Source: Candidatus Magasanikiibacteriota bacterium
Lineage (GTDB): Bacteria; Patescibacteriota; Patescibacteriia; Magasanikbacterales; UBA922
NCBI GenBank assembly: GCA_041674805.1
Contig: JBAYVA010000001.1
Location: 24,624 to 88,623, forward strand
DNA length: 64,000 bases
Direction: 5' to 3'
This document shows, piece after piece, positions 28,425 through 38,843 of this stretch (position 1 is the first letter of the stretch; each line of letters starts with the position of its first letter). A program made the position numbers and the translations under genes. The notes below the pieces were generated by a model that saw only the letters and a list, made by a program, of their open reading frames with translations, ran no database searches and had not been told where the DNA came from.

Positions 28425-30206
28425 ATGAATAAGGAAGTTTACAAACACATATTGAACACTTACGGACGTAATCCTAGACAATGGGTTGGTTTTGTTGCTG
28501 AAATATTTCGTACCGTTATTATGAGAGTGTACATAACTATTGCTATGGCACAGGTCACAGCAAATCTAGCCTCAGGAGATATTGAATCAGCCAAAAAATA
28601 TACATTATATTTTTTTGTTGCTTATATTGTAGGTTCATTGATTGGAACTTTTGGCGAATTATTATCCTTACATACCGAAAACAAAAAATACGGTGAACTT
28701 ATGTTGATTTATTATAATAAGTTAGTTGGTAAAGATCTTTCATTTTATCGAGATAACCAAACTGGTTATCTGGCTAGTATATATAGACAATATTTAGATG
28801 GTGCATTACTTTTGCTTCGCTTCTTTCGTGGAGAAGCATTGGCTGCGTTTATTTCAATGGTTGTCCCACCGATAGTATTGTTTTTTGCTTCACCACAAAT
28901 AGGATTATTAGCAACTGTTGTTGTTTTGATTCAAATTATTTATGTAAAATGGTCATCATCAAAAGCAAATAAATACAGACAAATATCACATGAAATATAT
29001 AGAAAAATTACTGGAGAGGTTTCTGACACAATAACTAATATTGTTGCTTTTAAATCAGGTGGGGTAGAAGATCAAGCTCAAAGTAAAATGAAAGGACTTG
29101 TTAAAGAGGAATTATCTTCATTCATGCAACGACGCAAAACAACCGTATTGCTTGATTTGCCAAGAAATATCATAACAGCCTGTGGTATTACGTTAGCTAT
29201 TTATTTTATCATTGTTAATTCTTCTGGAGTAAATCCTCAATCTCTGGGATTAATCGTTTTGACTTTAACGTACATGTATCAAATCGTGAGAAATGTGAGT
29301 TCTTTGCCAGAATTGGTTTCGACTCATGATGATCTAGTTACTAAAGTTTATCCAACTTTGAAATATTTAGGTGAAGAGTATGAAGAAATACGTGATTCTC
29401 TAAATCCTGTAGAATTTTCAATTGAAAAAGGTGTAATAAATATTAATAATGTTAATTTTAGCTATCCATCACATTCAACTAATGCCACAAGCATACCGGT
29501 TTTTAATGATTTAACGATAAAAATAGAAGGTGGCGAACAAATCGGAATTGTTGGGTTGAGTGGAGCTGGTAAAAGCACTCTTGCTAATTTATTATTGCGT
29601 TTTGATGAGGTAACTAGTGGTTCAATCAAAATTGATAATATTGATATTCGTGATATAAAACAAAGTGAGTTACGAAAGAAAATAGCTTATGTACCACAAG
29701 AACCATTGTTATTTCATCGAAGTATAAGAGAAAATATTGCTTATTATAATGAAAATGTTGATGAGGTAGAAATTATTCGTGCAGCCAAAGCTGCTCACGC
29801 TCATGAATTTATAGAGAAATTACCTGATGGTTACAATACAATTGTAGGCGAACGTGGAATAAAATTAAGTGGAGGACAAAAGCAACGGGTTGCGATTGCT
29901 CGCGCTGTACTTAAAAAAGCTCCAATTATAATTTTTGACGAGGCAACAAGTGCACTTGATAGTGAAAGTGAACAAATAATACAACGTGCTTTGCCAGAAA
30001 TTTTAGGCAAGCAAACTGCGATTATTGTGGCACATCGTCTTAGTACTATCGCTGGTCTTGATAGAATAATTGTTATGCACGAAGGCAAAGTTGTTGAATC
30101 TGGAAAACATGAAGAATTAATAAATTTGCATGGTCGTTATTATTCATTGTGGCAAAAACAAACAACTGAGTTTGTAATTCAAAATAAAGAAAGAAATACA
30201 CTTTAG
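28425..30206 (+). CDS. ABC exporter, fused permease and ATPase
   Basis: TM domain; GLSGAGKST, LSGGQKQR, IIFDEATSALD, AHRLST. Confidence 0.95.
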   Translation: MNKEVYKHILNTYGRNPRQWVGFVAEIFRTVIMRVYITIAMAQVTANLASGDIESAKKYTLYFFVAYIVGSLIGTFGELLSLHTENKKYGELMLIYYNKLVGKDLSFYRDNQTGYLASIYRQYLDGALLLLRFFRGEALAAFISMVVPPIVLFFASPQIGLLATVVVLIQIIYVKWSSSKANKYRQISHEIYRKITGEVSDTITNIVAFKSGGVEDQAQSKMKGLVKEELSSFMQRRKTTVLLDLPRNIITACGITLAIYFIIVNSSGVNPQSLGLIVLTLTYMYQIVRNVSSLPELVSTHDDLVTKVYPTLKYLGEEYEEIRDSLNPVEFSIEKGVININNVNFSYPSHSTNATSIPVFNDLTIKIEGGEQIGIVGLSGAGKSTLANLLLRFDEVTSGSIKIDNIDIRDIKQSELRKKIAYVPQEPLLFHRSIRENIAYYNENVDEVEIIRAAKAAHAHEFIEKLPDGYNTIVGERGIKLSGGQKQRVAIARAVLKKAPIIIFDEATSALDSESEQIIQRALPEILGKQTAIIVAHRLSTIAGLDRIIVMHEGKVVESGKHEELINLHGRYYSLWQKQTTEFVIQNKERNTL

Positions 30207-30343
30207 ATTTAGTTGCAAGAGTATTTAAAATTAGTTGATTTGTTTGACTTTTAATAGTTGACAATTAACAACCTTCTTGCAGGCGGGATTCCAAGAAATT
30301 GGAATTTTTTATTTTCATACTTTTGTAGTATAATATATTCAAT

Positions 30344-30838
30344 ATGATAAAACAAAGAGCAAAACTCATCTTAGTTTCCGGTTTTGTGGGAGCAGGGAAG
30401 ACTACTCTCGCCAAAAAACTAGAAAAACAATACAAAGCTATTAGATTTACTACTGACGATTGGATGATAGAATTTTTTGGTTTTGATGGAGATTTTGGTG
30501 AAGAATATAAGGCTAAGAAAAGAATTGTCAAAGAATTTATTTGGCGTATTGCCAAGTCTATTTTGGAATCTGGTGTGAATGTTATTTTAGATTTTGGTTT
30601 TTGGTCTTGGAAAGAGAGAACACTTTTTCGAAAAAGAGCCAGTCAATTGGGAGTTGATTTTGAACTTTATTTTATAGATGTACCACTTGATCAATTACGA
30701 AAACAAATTAAAATTAGAAATAAAAAACTTCCACGTGGTACATTTTATATCACTGAAAAATGGTTTGATATTTGGGTGCCTAGATTTGAACCTCCGACTG
30801 AGAAGGAAAATCCTATTTTGTTGAGAAGAAAAATTTAA
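30344..30838 (+). CDS. P-loop kinase (AAA_33-like)
   Basis: GFVGAGKTT, VILDFGFWS..ER, FEPP..E. Confidence 0.85.
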   Translation: MIKQRAKLILVSGFVGAGKTTLAKKLEKQYKAIRFTTDDWMIEFFGFDGDFGEEYKAKKRIVKEFIWRIAKSILESGVNVILDFGFWSWKERTLFRKRASQLGVDFELYFIDVPLDQLRKQIKIRNKKLPRGTFYITEKWFDIWVPRFEPPTEKENPILLRRKI

Positions 30839-32634
30839 AATATATCAGACAATTTATCTTTTCCCAAAACAAACAAATTGTTGGTGGCTCTGGTCAGGGC
30901 GACATAGAGCAAATCTCTATCTATTTTTTCTTTTTCTTTTTTCAAATTAACTAGTTCAATTTTACTTGCACTCAAGATATCTTGTTTGTTTATACCTACC
31001 AAAAAGACTGTATCAAATTCTAGACCTTGAATTTCATCCATAGATAAAATATGGATGTTTTTTTCTTTTTTGAATTCTATTTTGTATTGTTGTAAGTATT
31101 TTTTATTTCTAGCTAAAATACCTGTGACAACTTTTGTTTGCAAGTTTTCTTTGACATATTTTATTTCTTCATCAATATTTTCAAAATTTTTTTCAATCAC
31201 TTGCGTACCTTCTTTGATATTATCTGGAATAATTATTTTGTAGCCAAGTTTCTGGATATATTCCAAAATTTGTTTACTATTACGATAGACTTTGTTTAAA
31301 AATATTTTACGTTCTTCTTTTAGACTTTCATTAATTTCAGACCAGTCAGCAATTGTTCCTAACTGAGTTTTTTGGTTCATGTCTCCTACATACATCACTG
31401 CATTATTTTCTGGATTCAGACAGCTTTTTATTATTTTGATTTGTGTTGGTAAATAGTTTTGAAATTCATCAAAGATTATAAGGTCGTAGAAAGCAGGGAA
31501 GCGTCCGATTTTTTTTAGACTCGCACCACGTTTTTTTAGTTGGTAATATTCTTGAATTATCGTGATATTACCATGAGTTTTTTTGAATATTTGTAGTAAT
31601 ATTGTTAAATCAATTCTGTCTAAGATTTTGTTTTCTTTTTGGTATTTTATTATTTCCAAATATTTGCTTGGTAAATTTTGATAAACTTTTTCAAGCAGGG
31701 TGAAGATATTTGAACTATATTTTTGTTCAGAAAAATTTTGCAAAGATTGTAATTTGTAATATTCGAGATAATCTCTATCTTCTTCAACTATATCAACATG
31801 ATTTTGGTAATTGTAATTTTGCAAATCTAGGACACTCATCGCCCAATCAGCAAAAGTACGAATAGTGACGTTTTTTATGCCAAGTTCTGGCAAGAGGTGA
31901 GAAAAATATTCTTTGGTACCAATATCTTGGACAAGTATCAAAATTTTACTGGTGTGAAATTTGTCAGCGACGTCTGGTGATTGAAGTAGATAAGCGACAC
32001 GATGAAGAGCCAAAGTCGTTTTGCCAGAGCCAGCCGGACCAGAAATCAATAAAGCATTTTTGTAACTAGCACGAATAACTGCATCTTGAGCTTTTTCCAT
32101 TTGTGCGACAATCTCTGGTAAGACAAAAGATTTTTTTTGATTAGAAAAATAATCTTGGTAAATTAGTTCTCGCGGATTATCTAGAGTTTCGGTAGAAAGA
32201 TAAATGATTTTACCACCGACAATCATGTATTGATCTTTTTTTGTCATTATTCCTTGTTTTTCAGTTTTATCTGGCAAAGTGTAATTGATATTACCAGGAT
32301 GTTCAAAACGTATTTTGGAGATAGGACTAACCCAAGAATAAATATGTTCTTCGCTCAAAGAAAATTTACCAATGTAAATATTTTCATTGTTTATTTCGCA
32401 TTTATTGAAATAGGGTGAATCTTGCATCAGCTCTAGTTCTTCTTGTTTTTCTGTGTTCATTTCTAATAATTTACTCTGGACGATTTTGTCATCTTCATTG
32501 AAAGTATGTAGACTTTTTTTGAGCTTGCTAACATTATCTGTGGTTTTTTGTAATGTTTGTCTTATTACCTCAAGAGAACGCTTCAGTTGCTCTTGAGCGA
32601 GCTTAAAATAGATTTGTTTGGCTGTTTGGTTCAT
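30835..32634 (-). CDS. HelD-like / UvrD superfamily 1 ATPase
   Basis: EIVAQMEKAQDAVIR, GPAGSGKTTLALHRVAYLL, IFDEFQN, VGDMNQ, YRNSKQI, QGLEFD, LYVALTRA; ATG at 32634 preferred over TTG at 32772. Confidence 0.85.
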   Translation of the reverse strand: MNQTAKQIYFKLAQEQLKRSLEVIRQTLQKTTDNVSKLKKSLHTFNEDDKIVQSKLLEMNTEKQEELELMQDSPYFNKCEINNENIYIGKFSLSEEHIYSWVSPISKIRFEHPGNINYTLPDKTEKQGIMTKKDQYMIVGGKIIYLSTETLDNPRELIYQDYFSNQKKSFVLPEIVAQMEKAQDAVIRASYKNALLISGPAGSGKTTLALHRVAYLLQSPDVADKFHTSKILILVQDIGTKEYFSHLLPELGIKNVTIRTFADWAMSVLDLQNYNYQNHVDIVEEDRDYLEYYKLQSLQNFSEQKYSSNIFTLLEKVYQNLPSKYLEIIKYQKENKILDRIDLTILLQIFKKTHGNITIIQEYYQLKKRGASLKKIGRFPAFYDLIIFDEFQNYLPTQIKIIKSCLNPENNAVMYVGDMNQKTQLGTIADWSEINESLKEERKIFLNKVYRNSKQILEYIQKLGYKIIIPDNIKEGTQVIEKNFENIDEEIKYVKENLQTKVVTGILARNKKYLQQYKIEFKKEKNIHILSMDEIQGLEFDTVFLVGINKQDILSASKIELVNLKKEKEKIDRDLLYVALTRATNNLFVLGKDKLSDIF

Positions 32635-32650
32635 ATATGTGTATATAAAT

Positions 32651-32830
32651 AAAAAATACCCAGTTTTAACCTCAGAATAATTAATATTTTTTATAATTAT
32701 CCCTTGGTTTGGGGTATTTTTTAGTCTAATTTTTAGAAGAAAAATATTTTTACAAATTTTGGATTTTTCCAAAGCTTTTAAGAATATTTTTGATGAAAAT
32801 ATTCTAACATATTTTTGGTGTTTTTGTCAA
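32651..32830 (-). promoter_or_regulatory. Promoter and terminator-like leader of the HelD-like gene
   Basis: TTGACA-18-TAGAAT (32830-32801); long hairpin AAAAAATACCC...GGGTATTTTTT (32722-32651) just before the ATG. Confidence 0.5.
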
Positions 32831-32901
32831 ATTTTTATTTAAAATAGTTTTTAACAGTTAATTCTTGACAAATTACTCAACTTATTGTAATATAGCACTA
32901 C

Positions 32902-33026
32902 CCATAGACAGCAGGTTTGACCATTATTTGGTTGATTAAACATCCTGCCGAGGAAAAAACTTTTACACTTTTGTAATAAAAAGGTCGATTTTCTAGGTAG
33001 TCTGTGGTTTAAAAACCACTTTTTTT
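32902..33026 (+). ncRNA. Ribosomal protein L10 leader with attenuator
   Basis: AGACAGCAGG...TTAAA..CCTGCCGAGG core; CCATAGAC/GTCTGTGG pairing; GTGGTTT-aa-AAACCAC-T run; promoter TTGACA-17-TAATAT at 32865-32893. Confidence 0.85.
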
Positions 33027-33059
33027 ATTGGTTTAACCAATAAAAATGAATAAAATTTT

Positions 33060-33581
33060 ATGGCAAAAACAAGATTAGTAAAAGAACAAGCGATAGAGGA
33101 TTTAGTAAATGATTTGAAGAATTCTTCATCAGCTGTGTTTGCAAACTATCAAGGTCTAAAAGTTTCTGATTCAGAAATTTTGCGTAACAAATGTCGTGAA
33201 CAAAACATTTCTGTTACTGCTAGTAAAAAAACTCTTTTGAAGCGTGCTTTGAAAGAAATGAACTTGGACGTAGATACAAAACAATTTGAAGGTAGTGTGG
33301 CTGTTTTCTTAGGAAAAGAAGACGAAGTAGCTCCTGCACAAATTGTAGCAGAATTTGCAAAAAAACATGAAAGAGTAACTTTATTTGGAGGTATTTTGGA
33401 AGGTAATTTCATCTCTGGTGAAAAAGTAAAAGAACTTTCAAAACTACCAAACAAACAACAATTGCTTGGTCAATTGGTAGGTACTTTGAATGCTCCAATT
33501 TCTGGATTTGTAAATGTCTTAGCTGGAAATTTACGTGGACTTGTCAACGTAATGAATGCTATTAAAGAAAGTAAATCATAA
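33060..33581 (+). CDS. rplJ: 50S ribosomal protein uL10
   Basis: YQGLKV, LR..CRE, KKTLLKRAL, LSKLP.KQQLLGQLVGTLNAP. Confidence 0.97.
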   Translation: MAKTRLVKEQAIEDLVNDLKNSSSAVFANYQGLKVSDSEILRNKCREQNISVTASKKTLLKRALKEMNLDVDTKQFEGSVAVFLGKEDEVAPAQIVAEFAKKHERVTLFGGILEGNFISGEKVKELSKLPNKQQLLGQLVGTLNAPISGFVNVLAGNLRGLVNVMNAIKESKS

Positions 33582-33689
33582 AACAATTCGGATATACGGA
33601 TAATTCAGATTTACGGATGTAAAATATTATCTTTATAATATATCCAAAATTATTTTTAAAAAAATAATAAACTAATTAATTATATTATT

Positions 33690-34094
33690 ATGTCAGAAGA
33701 AACAAAAAAGGACGTAATCGTTCCTGAAAAATTCAAATCTCTAGTAGAGATGGTAGAAAAAATGTCAGTATTAGATCTTGCTGAACTTGTAAAAGTTCTT
33801 GAAGATAAATTCGGTGTTAGTGCTGCTGCACCTGCAATGATGATGGCTGCTCCTGGAGCTGCTGCACCTGCTGCTGAAGAAAAAACTGAATTCACAGTAG
33901 AACTTACAGCTTTTGGTGATAACAAAATCAATGTTATTAAAGCTGTAAAAAATGCTACAGGTCTTGGTCTAGCTGAAGCTAAAGCTTTGGTAGACGGAGC
34001 TCCAAAAACAATCAAAGAAAATATCAAAAAAGCTGAAGCTGAAGAATTGAAAAAACAATTAGAAGAAGCTGGTGCTACAGTAACTTTGAAATAA
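33690..34094 (+). CDS. rplL: 50S ribosomal protein bL12
   Basis: [47 protein letters not shown]. Confidence 0.98.
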   Translation: MSEETKKDVIVPEKFKSLVEMVEKMSVLDLAELVKVLEDKFGVSAAAPAMMMAAPGAAAPAAEEKTEFTVELTAFGDNKINVIKAVKNATGLGLAEAKALVDGAPKTIKENIKKAEAEELKKQLEEAGATVTLK

Positions 34095-34110
34095 TACTTT
34101 CATTGAAAGA

Positions 34111-34155
34111 AAAATTAAAAAAGACGTGTCGAAGAGATACGTCTTTTTTAATTTT
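34111..34155. terminator. Bidirectional terminator after rplL
   Basis: AAAATTAAAAAAGACGTGTC-gaaga-GATACGTCTTTTTTAATTTT. Confidence 0.85.
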
Positions 34156-34197
34156 AAATTTAGTCCCGACTAATCAGTATAAATTTTAAATTATTTT

Positions 34198-35106
34198 TTA
34201 TTTGAATTTTATTGTTGAATACATAGTGTCTATTATTTTTAGCTCATATGTATAATTATTATGAGAAAAACCTTTTATTGGTAATATCTCATTACAGTTT
34301 GCGTAAGAATATTTACCTGTATAATTTATATATAAATTATTTGCACTGTGTATAGGTCCTTCTATACCACTTGCATTTTTAAACCAATATTGTATAGCGA
34401 ATTTATTGTCTATCTTGGCATAATTTGTGCCTGCTTCTATGGGTGAGTTTCCATCTACTGGGGAAATTAATTCTTGTTGCCAATTTGTTGTCAAAAAGAA
34501 ATATAATTCTTTTGTATAGTCTTTACCAGATATAGATTTACATTCGCTATTAGCGTATAGAGGGCAATATAATTTTGTTATAGGATAAATTATTATTCCA
34601 GCATTTGCACCTGGCGTGTATGCTTCACCTGCTAAAATGTAGTCATCTGGTTTTTCTGTAATAGTGATTATGTTTGATTTTTCTTCTTCTGTCCAATTAA
34701 ATCCTTCTGTTTCTCTATAATAAGGTTCATTTACTATATAATTTGGTGGATATTTTATAGTTAATATATCATTTGAGAATTCTTTCCAGTCATCTGTTGG
34801 TAATAGTTGTTCTGGTTTTTTTATATCTTGATTAAAATATGATAGATGTGTATCTTCAACATATTTTTTTTTTGTTTTTTCAAAATTTTCTTCTAAACAT
34901 TCAGTGGGTATTTTATCCAATTCTTGTTTCCATTTTTCAATAATTTCATTTTTATTGTTTTCATTAGTGTTTGTTTCTTGTGTAATTTGATTAGGTGTTT
35001 TATTTTTGTTGGAGCTAAATATTAGGAGAGTTGATAATACTATAATTAAAAAAAAGAGTGGAATTGACAAAAAGAATATTTTTTTTGTGCTAATTGTTTC
35101 TTGCAT
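34198..35106 (-). CDS. Membrane-anchored hypothetical protein, possible PsbP-like fold
   Basis: N-terminal TM; DWKEF..LTIKYP and terminal IDTMYSTIKF pattern. Confidence 0.6.
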   Translation of the reverse strand: MQETISTKKIFFLSIPLFFLIIVLSTLLIFSSNKNKTPNQITQETNTNENNKNEIIEKWKQELDKIPTECLEENFEKTKKKYVEDTHLSYFNQDIKKPEQLLPTDDWKEFSNDILTIKYPPNYIVNEPYYRETEGFNWTEEEKSNIITITEKPDDYILAGEAYTPGANAGIIIYPITKLYCPLYANSECKSISGKDYTKELYFFLTTNWQQELISPVDGNSPIEAGTNYAKIDNKFAIQYWFKNASGIEGPIHSANNLYINYTGKYSYANCNEILPIKGFSHNNYTYELKIIDTMYSTIKFK

Positions 35107-35114
35107 ATTATTTT

Positions 35115-37370
35115 TTATTTTGTTGAAAATTTGTAAATTTTGTTTTCATCCAAAACATAGATTACTTTGTTGTCTTCATCTATTATCATATCACTTGGTT
35201 TTTTCCATTCATAAGAAGTAAATTGTTCAATAAATTTACCATCTTTGTCTAATCTTACAATACGTTTTTGTTCTGGTTCTAAAATATACAAATAGTCTGA
35301 GTCAGCATAAGTCCAAATTTTGGTTGGATTAGTAAGTACTGGATGAACGCCTTCTATATTGAAATTTTCTTCTTCTCCACCATAAAAACGTAAAATTTTG
35401 GCATCAGAAGTAAGTACAAAAACATTACCGTCTACCGCAATATCTATGGCTTTGCTAAGTGAAGAAGATTTTTTGGTAATCCAGACAGTACCTTTGTCAT
35501 ATCCTGTTTGAGTTTGGTTGTGTTTGTAAATTTGTTCATTCTTGGCACTAACAATATATAATTTTCTATTGTAAACAGTCAAAGCATTAGCATTGGCATT
35601 GTCTGCTGGATAAACAATGTCTTTGGTAGAATAAGATTGAGTATCTTTATTATATTCAAAAAGTTTGTTACCTAATCCCAAAAATATTATTTTGTCATTT
35701 TCTTTTGGTGTATCATCATGGATAATATCTTTTTGATTGTCATGATTTTTTATTTCTATTTCTTTTGATATCAAATTTACTTTGTACATATTTTTGTCTT
35801 TTTCTGAATAGGCAAAAATATTGGTGTCTAATTTAGCTATTTTTTCTAAGTCATTGGAAGGTTTACTATTATTTAGATCAGCTATTAATTCTAAAGTAAC
35901 AGAATTCATTTTTTGTAGTTTATTTAAAATTTCATCATTAGCATTTTTTAATTCTTGAAATTTGGTTTTTGCTTCTTCTGTATCTTGTGGTAAATTTTCT
36001 ATAAGTTTTTTTGTTTCTTCTAATATTTCTAAGGCTTTTTCTTCTTCACCATATAATATTTTGGCTTCAACTTCATCACTTTTTTCATTTATGGAGTCAA
36101 TAAGACTCAAATATTGGGCATTTTGAGCTTCTTTATTTTCTTTTATTTTTATATAGATAATACTACTTAAAAAAATTATAGCTAATAAAATAAGTGCAAT
36201 AAAAAGTATTTTACTGATTAAACTTACATTTTTTACTTTTTCTTTTTTTTCATTTATTACATTATGGAAACGATCCATAATAATAGTCCTTTGACCTGAT
36301 TTGTTTGTAATCAAGTAAAATGAATTGATGAAAAATGATAGTATAATTTGAATAATTTTTTTTATGACAAAAAAAATGCTACTAGCTATAATTACTATAG
36401 ATCTACCTATTAAAATTAATATTTTTTCAGAAAATTTTTGTCCATTTTCTTTTCTTCTACTTCTAACGTTGGTTTCTATTTGTCCATGATTGGTAGCAAT
36501 TCTTTCATTCTTTTTGTTTGCTAAATTAGTATTGGTAGCTTTATTTTTTATAAATAGACTGGATAAATTTTCTTTAATATTTTTGATGACAGAAGGAGAT
36601 AGTGTTTCTGCTGTATTTTTTCTATTTTTTACTAAATCATCCATTGAGGCTTGTGAACCTATTGCATCTGCTTGTACATTTCTATATCTTTTTGCTTCAA
36701 TTAATTGTGGTTTTGGTGTTTGAAAAATTATACCTCCAAAAGAATATTCTTCTTTTAGATTGTCTAAAACTTTTTGGATATGCAAGGCACCTTGTTTGGT
36801 AGCTTTATTTTGGATTATTTTACGGACTCTATCTACAGAAAAATGACTAGTCACACTAGGTGTTGAGATGTACAAATAATCATCATCTTTCATGTCTCCT
36901 TCTATTACAGAAGAAAAAAATTGTTCATGATTTTCTGGTTCATTTGGATCTATAATCTCAGTACTTTTTAGTTCATCTTTGGTATTATAAAATAAATAGG
37001 CATTTGGTTTGCCGTGATAAGCTATTGTAAGATGACGTTTTTGTAAAATACCTACTAACAAATTTATTTTACTATCTTTGTATTGTAAAACATTATGACT
37101 TTGTTGATTTATTTCTTGCAAAATACTTTCAAAATAATTTTCTATATTGTTATTTTCTTCGTCATAATATTTTATTTCAATATCATCTATGATTTGTTGT
37201 AGTTGACTTATTTGTTCTGAGTAGCTACCATTTATTTCTATGATAGCAAAAAAATGCCCTTTGTTTTTTTCTTGTTGGGTAATAGGTTCTGCTATGTGTA
37301 ATAAGACGTGTGATAGTTTTTGATTACTACCTTCTACAAAAAACTCTTGTATTTCTAAGCCATTTTTCAT
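35115..37370 (-). CDS. Membrane protein: PP2C-like N-domain, TM, coiled coil, beta-propeller
   Basis: KGHFFAIIEI and FSSVIEG...DYLYIST; TM near aa 390-410; NHL-like blades (AIDIAVDGNVFVL, LYILEP..KRIV). Confidence 0.6.
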   Translation of the reverse strand: MKNGLEIQEFFVEGSNQKLSHVLLHIAEPITQQEKNKGHFFAIIEINGSYSEQISQLQQIIDDIEIKYYDEENNNIENYFESILQEINQQSHNVLQYKDSKINLLVGILQKRHLTIAYHGKPNAYLFYNTKDELKSTEIIDPNEPENHEQFFSSVIEGDMKDDDYLYISTPSVTSHFSVDRVRKIIQNKATKQGALHIQKVLDNLKEEYSFGGIIFQTPKPQLIEAKRYRNVQADAIGSQASMDDLVKNRKNTAETLSPSVIKNIKENLSSLFIKNKATNTNLANKKNERIATNHGQIETNVRSRRKENGQKFSEKILILIGRSIVIIASSIFFVIKKIIQIILSFFINSFYLITNKSGQRTIIMDRFHNVINEKKEKVKNVSLISKILFIALILLAIIFLSSIIYIKIKENKEAQNAQYLSLIDSINEKSDEVEAKILYGEEEKALEILEETKKLIENLPQDTEEAKTKFQELKNANDEILNKLQKMNSVTLELIADLNNSKPSNDLEKIAKLDTNIFAYSEKDKNMYKVNLISKEIEIKNHDNQKDIIHDDTPKENDKIIFLGLGNKLFEYNKDTQSYSTKDIVYPADNANANALTVYNRKLYIVSAKNEQIYKHNQTQTGYDKGTVWITKKSSSLSKAIDIAVDGNVFVLTSDAKILRFYGGEEENFNIEGVHPVLTNPTKIWTYADSDYLYILEPEQKRIVRLDKDGKFIEQFTSYEWKKPSDMIIDEDNKVIYVLDENKIYKFSTK

Positions 37371-37505
37371 AACTATACTATTTTTTTATATTTGAGTTGA
37401 CCTTTGACTTTATTGTCATAAGTTATTATACTATATTTGTAAATATAATGCCAGTTTTTAGGATAGCTAATTTGCCTAGTAAATTAGTTTTTATTTTATA
37501 ATATT

Positions 37506-38108
37506 ATGCTTGAACAACTTTTTGGTTCAAAAACCAGACTTAAATTGCTAAGGTTATTTTTTTCAGAACAAAATAGGCCTTTTTTTGTACGTGAGTTATC
37601 TAGGCATGTAGGGGTGCAAATCAATGCTATTAGAAGAGAAATAGAAATTTTGCATTCTATGGATATCATCAAAGAAAAATTGGTAGATGAAAAAGACAAA
37701 ATTAATGAAATAGAAGTAGGGGAGAAATTACGCAAGTATTATATATTGAATCCTGAATCAATTATTTACTCAGAGTTACAAGCATTACTTCTAAAAGACA
37801 AATTTATTGGTCAAAAAGAGTTTATCAAAGAGTTTGAAGACAAAATGTCTGAAACCAAACTTTTGATTTTGTCTGGAGAGTTTACTTCTGACAAAAGAGC
37901 CCCAACAGATTTGTTGATTGTGGGTAAAATTAAACCAAGAGTTTTGGCTAATATTATAGAAGAGTATGAAAAAGATTTTGGTTTCAACATACGTTATACT
38001 ATTATGACAGAAGAAGAATTTTTGGATAGAAGATATGTTATGGACAAATTTTTGTATTCTTTATTTGAAGCTGACCATTTGAAGGTTATTAATAAATTGG
38101 GAGTTTAA
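37506..38108 (+). CDS. Winged-helix regulator fused to a degenerate nucleotidyltransferase domain
   Basis: LFGSKTRLKLL, FFVRELSR...INAIRRE; SGEF...PTDLLIVG. Confidence 0.7.
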   Translation: MLEQLFGSKTRLKLLRLFFSEQNRPFFVRELSRHVGVQINAIRREIEILHSMDIIKEKLVDEKDKINEIEVGEKLRKYYILNPESIIYSELQALLLKDKFIGQKEFIKEFEDKMSETKLLILSGEFTSDKRAPTDLLIVGKIKPRVLANIIEEYEKDFGFNIRYTIMTEEEFLDRRYVMDKFLYSLFEADHLKVINKLGV

Positions 38109-38175
38109 TTCTGCCTTTTAGAAATTGATTTTTAATTTAATAATGATGATGTTTTTTGTCAATGTAACTATACAT

Positions 38176-38254
38176 TAGAGATAAAATTGAGATAAACTAG
38201 AGATAATATTGTTTATAATAAATGTCTAAATTATCTCAATTTTATCTCAATTTA
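38176..38254. repeat. Inverted arrays of GAGATAA-type repeats
   Basis: agagataaaattgagataaactagagataa ... ttatctcaattttatctcaattt. Confidence 0.75.
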
Positions 38255-38304
38255 TTAAAATTTTTAGTAAATGTTTACTTTTATATTTGAACCAGATTTA
38301 TTTT

Positions 38305-38694
38305 ATGTATTATTTGTTGATTGACATGTCAGAAAATTCCAATATACATTTGGCTCTTTTTGATGAAAAAAAATTTGTAGAAAAAAAGTATGAAGGACAA
38401 AATCGCGAACTGCTTTTGTGTATTGATAATTTGTTGACTGAAAATGATTTTGAGAAAGAAAATATCAAAGGTATAATGATAGTAGTCGGTACAGGATCGT
38501 TTACCAGTACTAGAATCGCTTGTGTTGTTGCTAATACTTTTGCTTTTGTTTTGCAAATTCCTTTATTAGCTATTGGAGTAGAAGATATTTCTAATGTTCA
38601 AAGTTTGATTCCTAAATTATTAGAGCAACCAAAAGGACAATATATTTCCGCGACTTATAGTGGAGAGCCGAATATAGGAGAAAGTAAAAAATAA
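38305..38694 (+). CDS. tsaB: Short TsaB-like protein
   Basis: LLIDMS, LL.CID.LL, VVGTGSFTSTRIACVVANTFA...IP. Confidence 0.8.
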   Translation: MYYLLIDMSENSNIHLALFDEKKFVEKKYEGQNRELLLCIDNLLTENDFEKENIKGIMIVVGTGSFTSTRIACVVANTFAFVLQIPLLAIGVEDISNVQSLIPKLLEQPKGQYISATYSGEPNIGESKK

Positions 38695-38749
38695 ATTTAT
38701 AATATTTTTTTATTGATTTTCAATTTATTTTTATTAAATACGTAAAAAT

Positions 38750-38831
38750 TTCTAATTCACCTAATATCTAATTTTTAATAAAATTACAAAATTTAAAATT
38801 TTATTAGAAATTAGATATTAGAAATTAGGTG
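38750..38831. repeat. Inverted arrays of CTAAT/ATTAG heptamer repeats
   Basis: tctaattcacctaatatctaatt ... attagaaattagatattagaaattaggtg. Confidence 0.7.
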
Positions 38832-38843
38832 AATTTTATTCAT

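Noticed and set aside
28212-32634. Integrase-driven genomic island at tRNA-Glu
   Set aside because: No integrase and no duplicated tRNA 3' end were found.
37506-38108. MNT-HEPN toxin-antitoxin pair
   Set aside because: The nucleotidyltransferase motif is degenerate and there is no adjacent HEPN gene.
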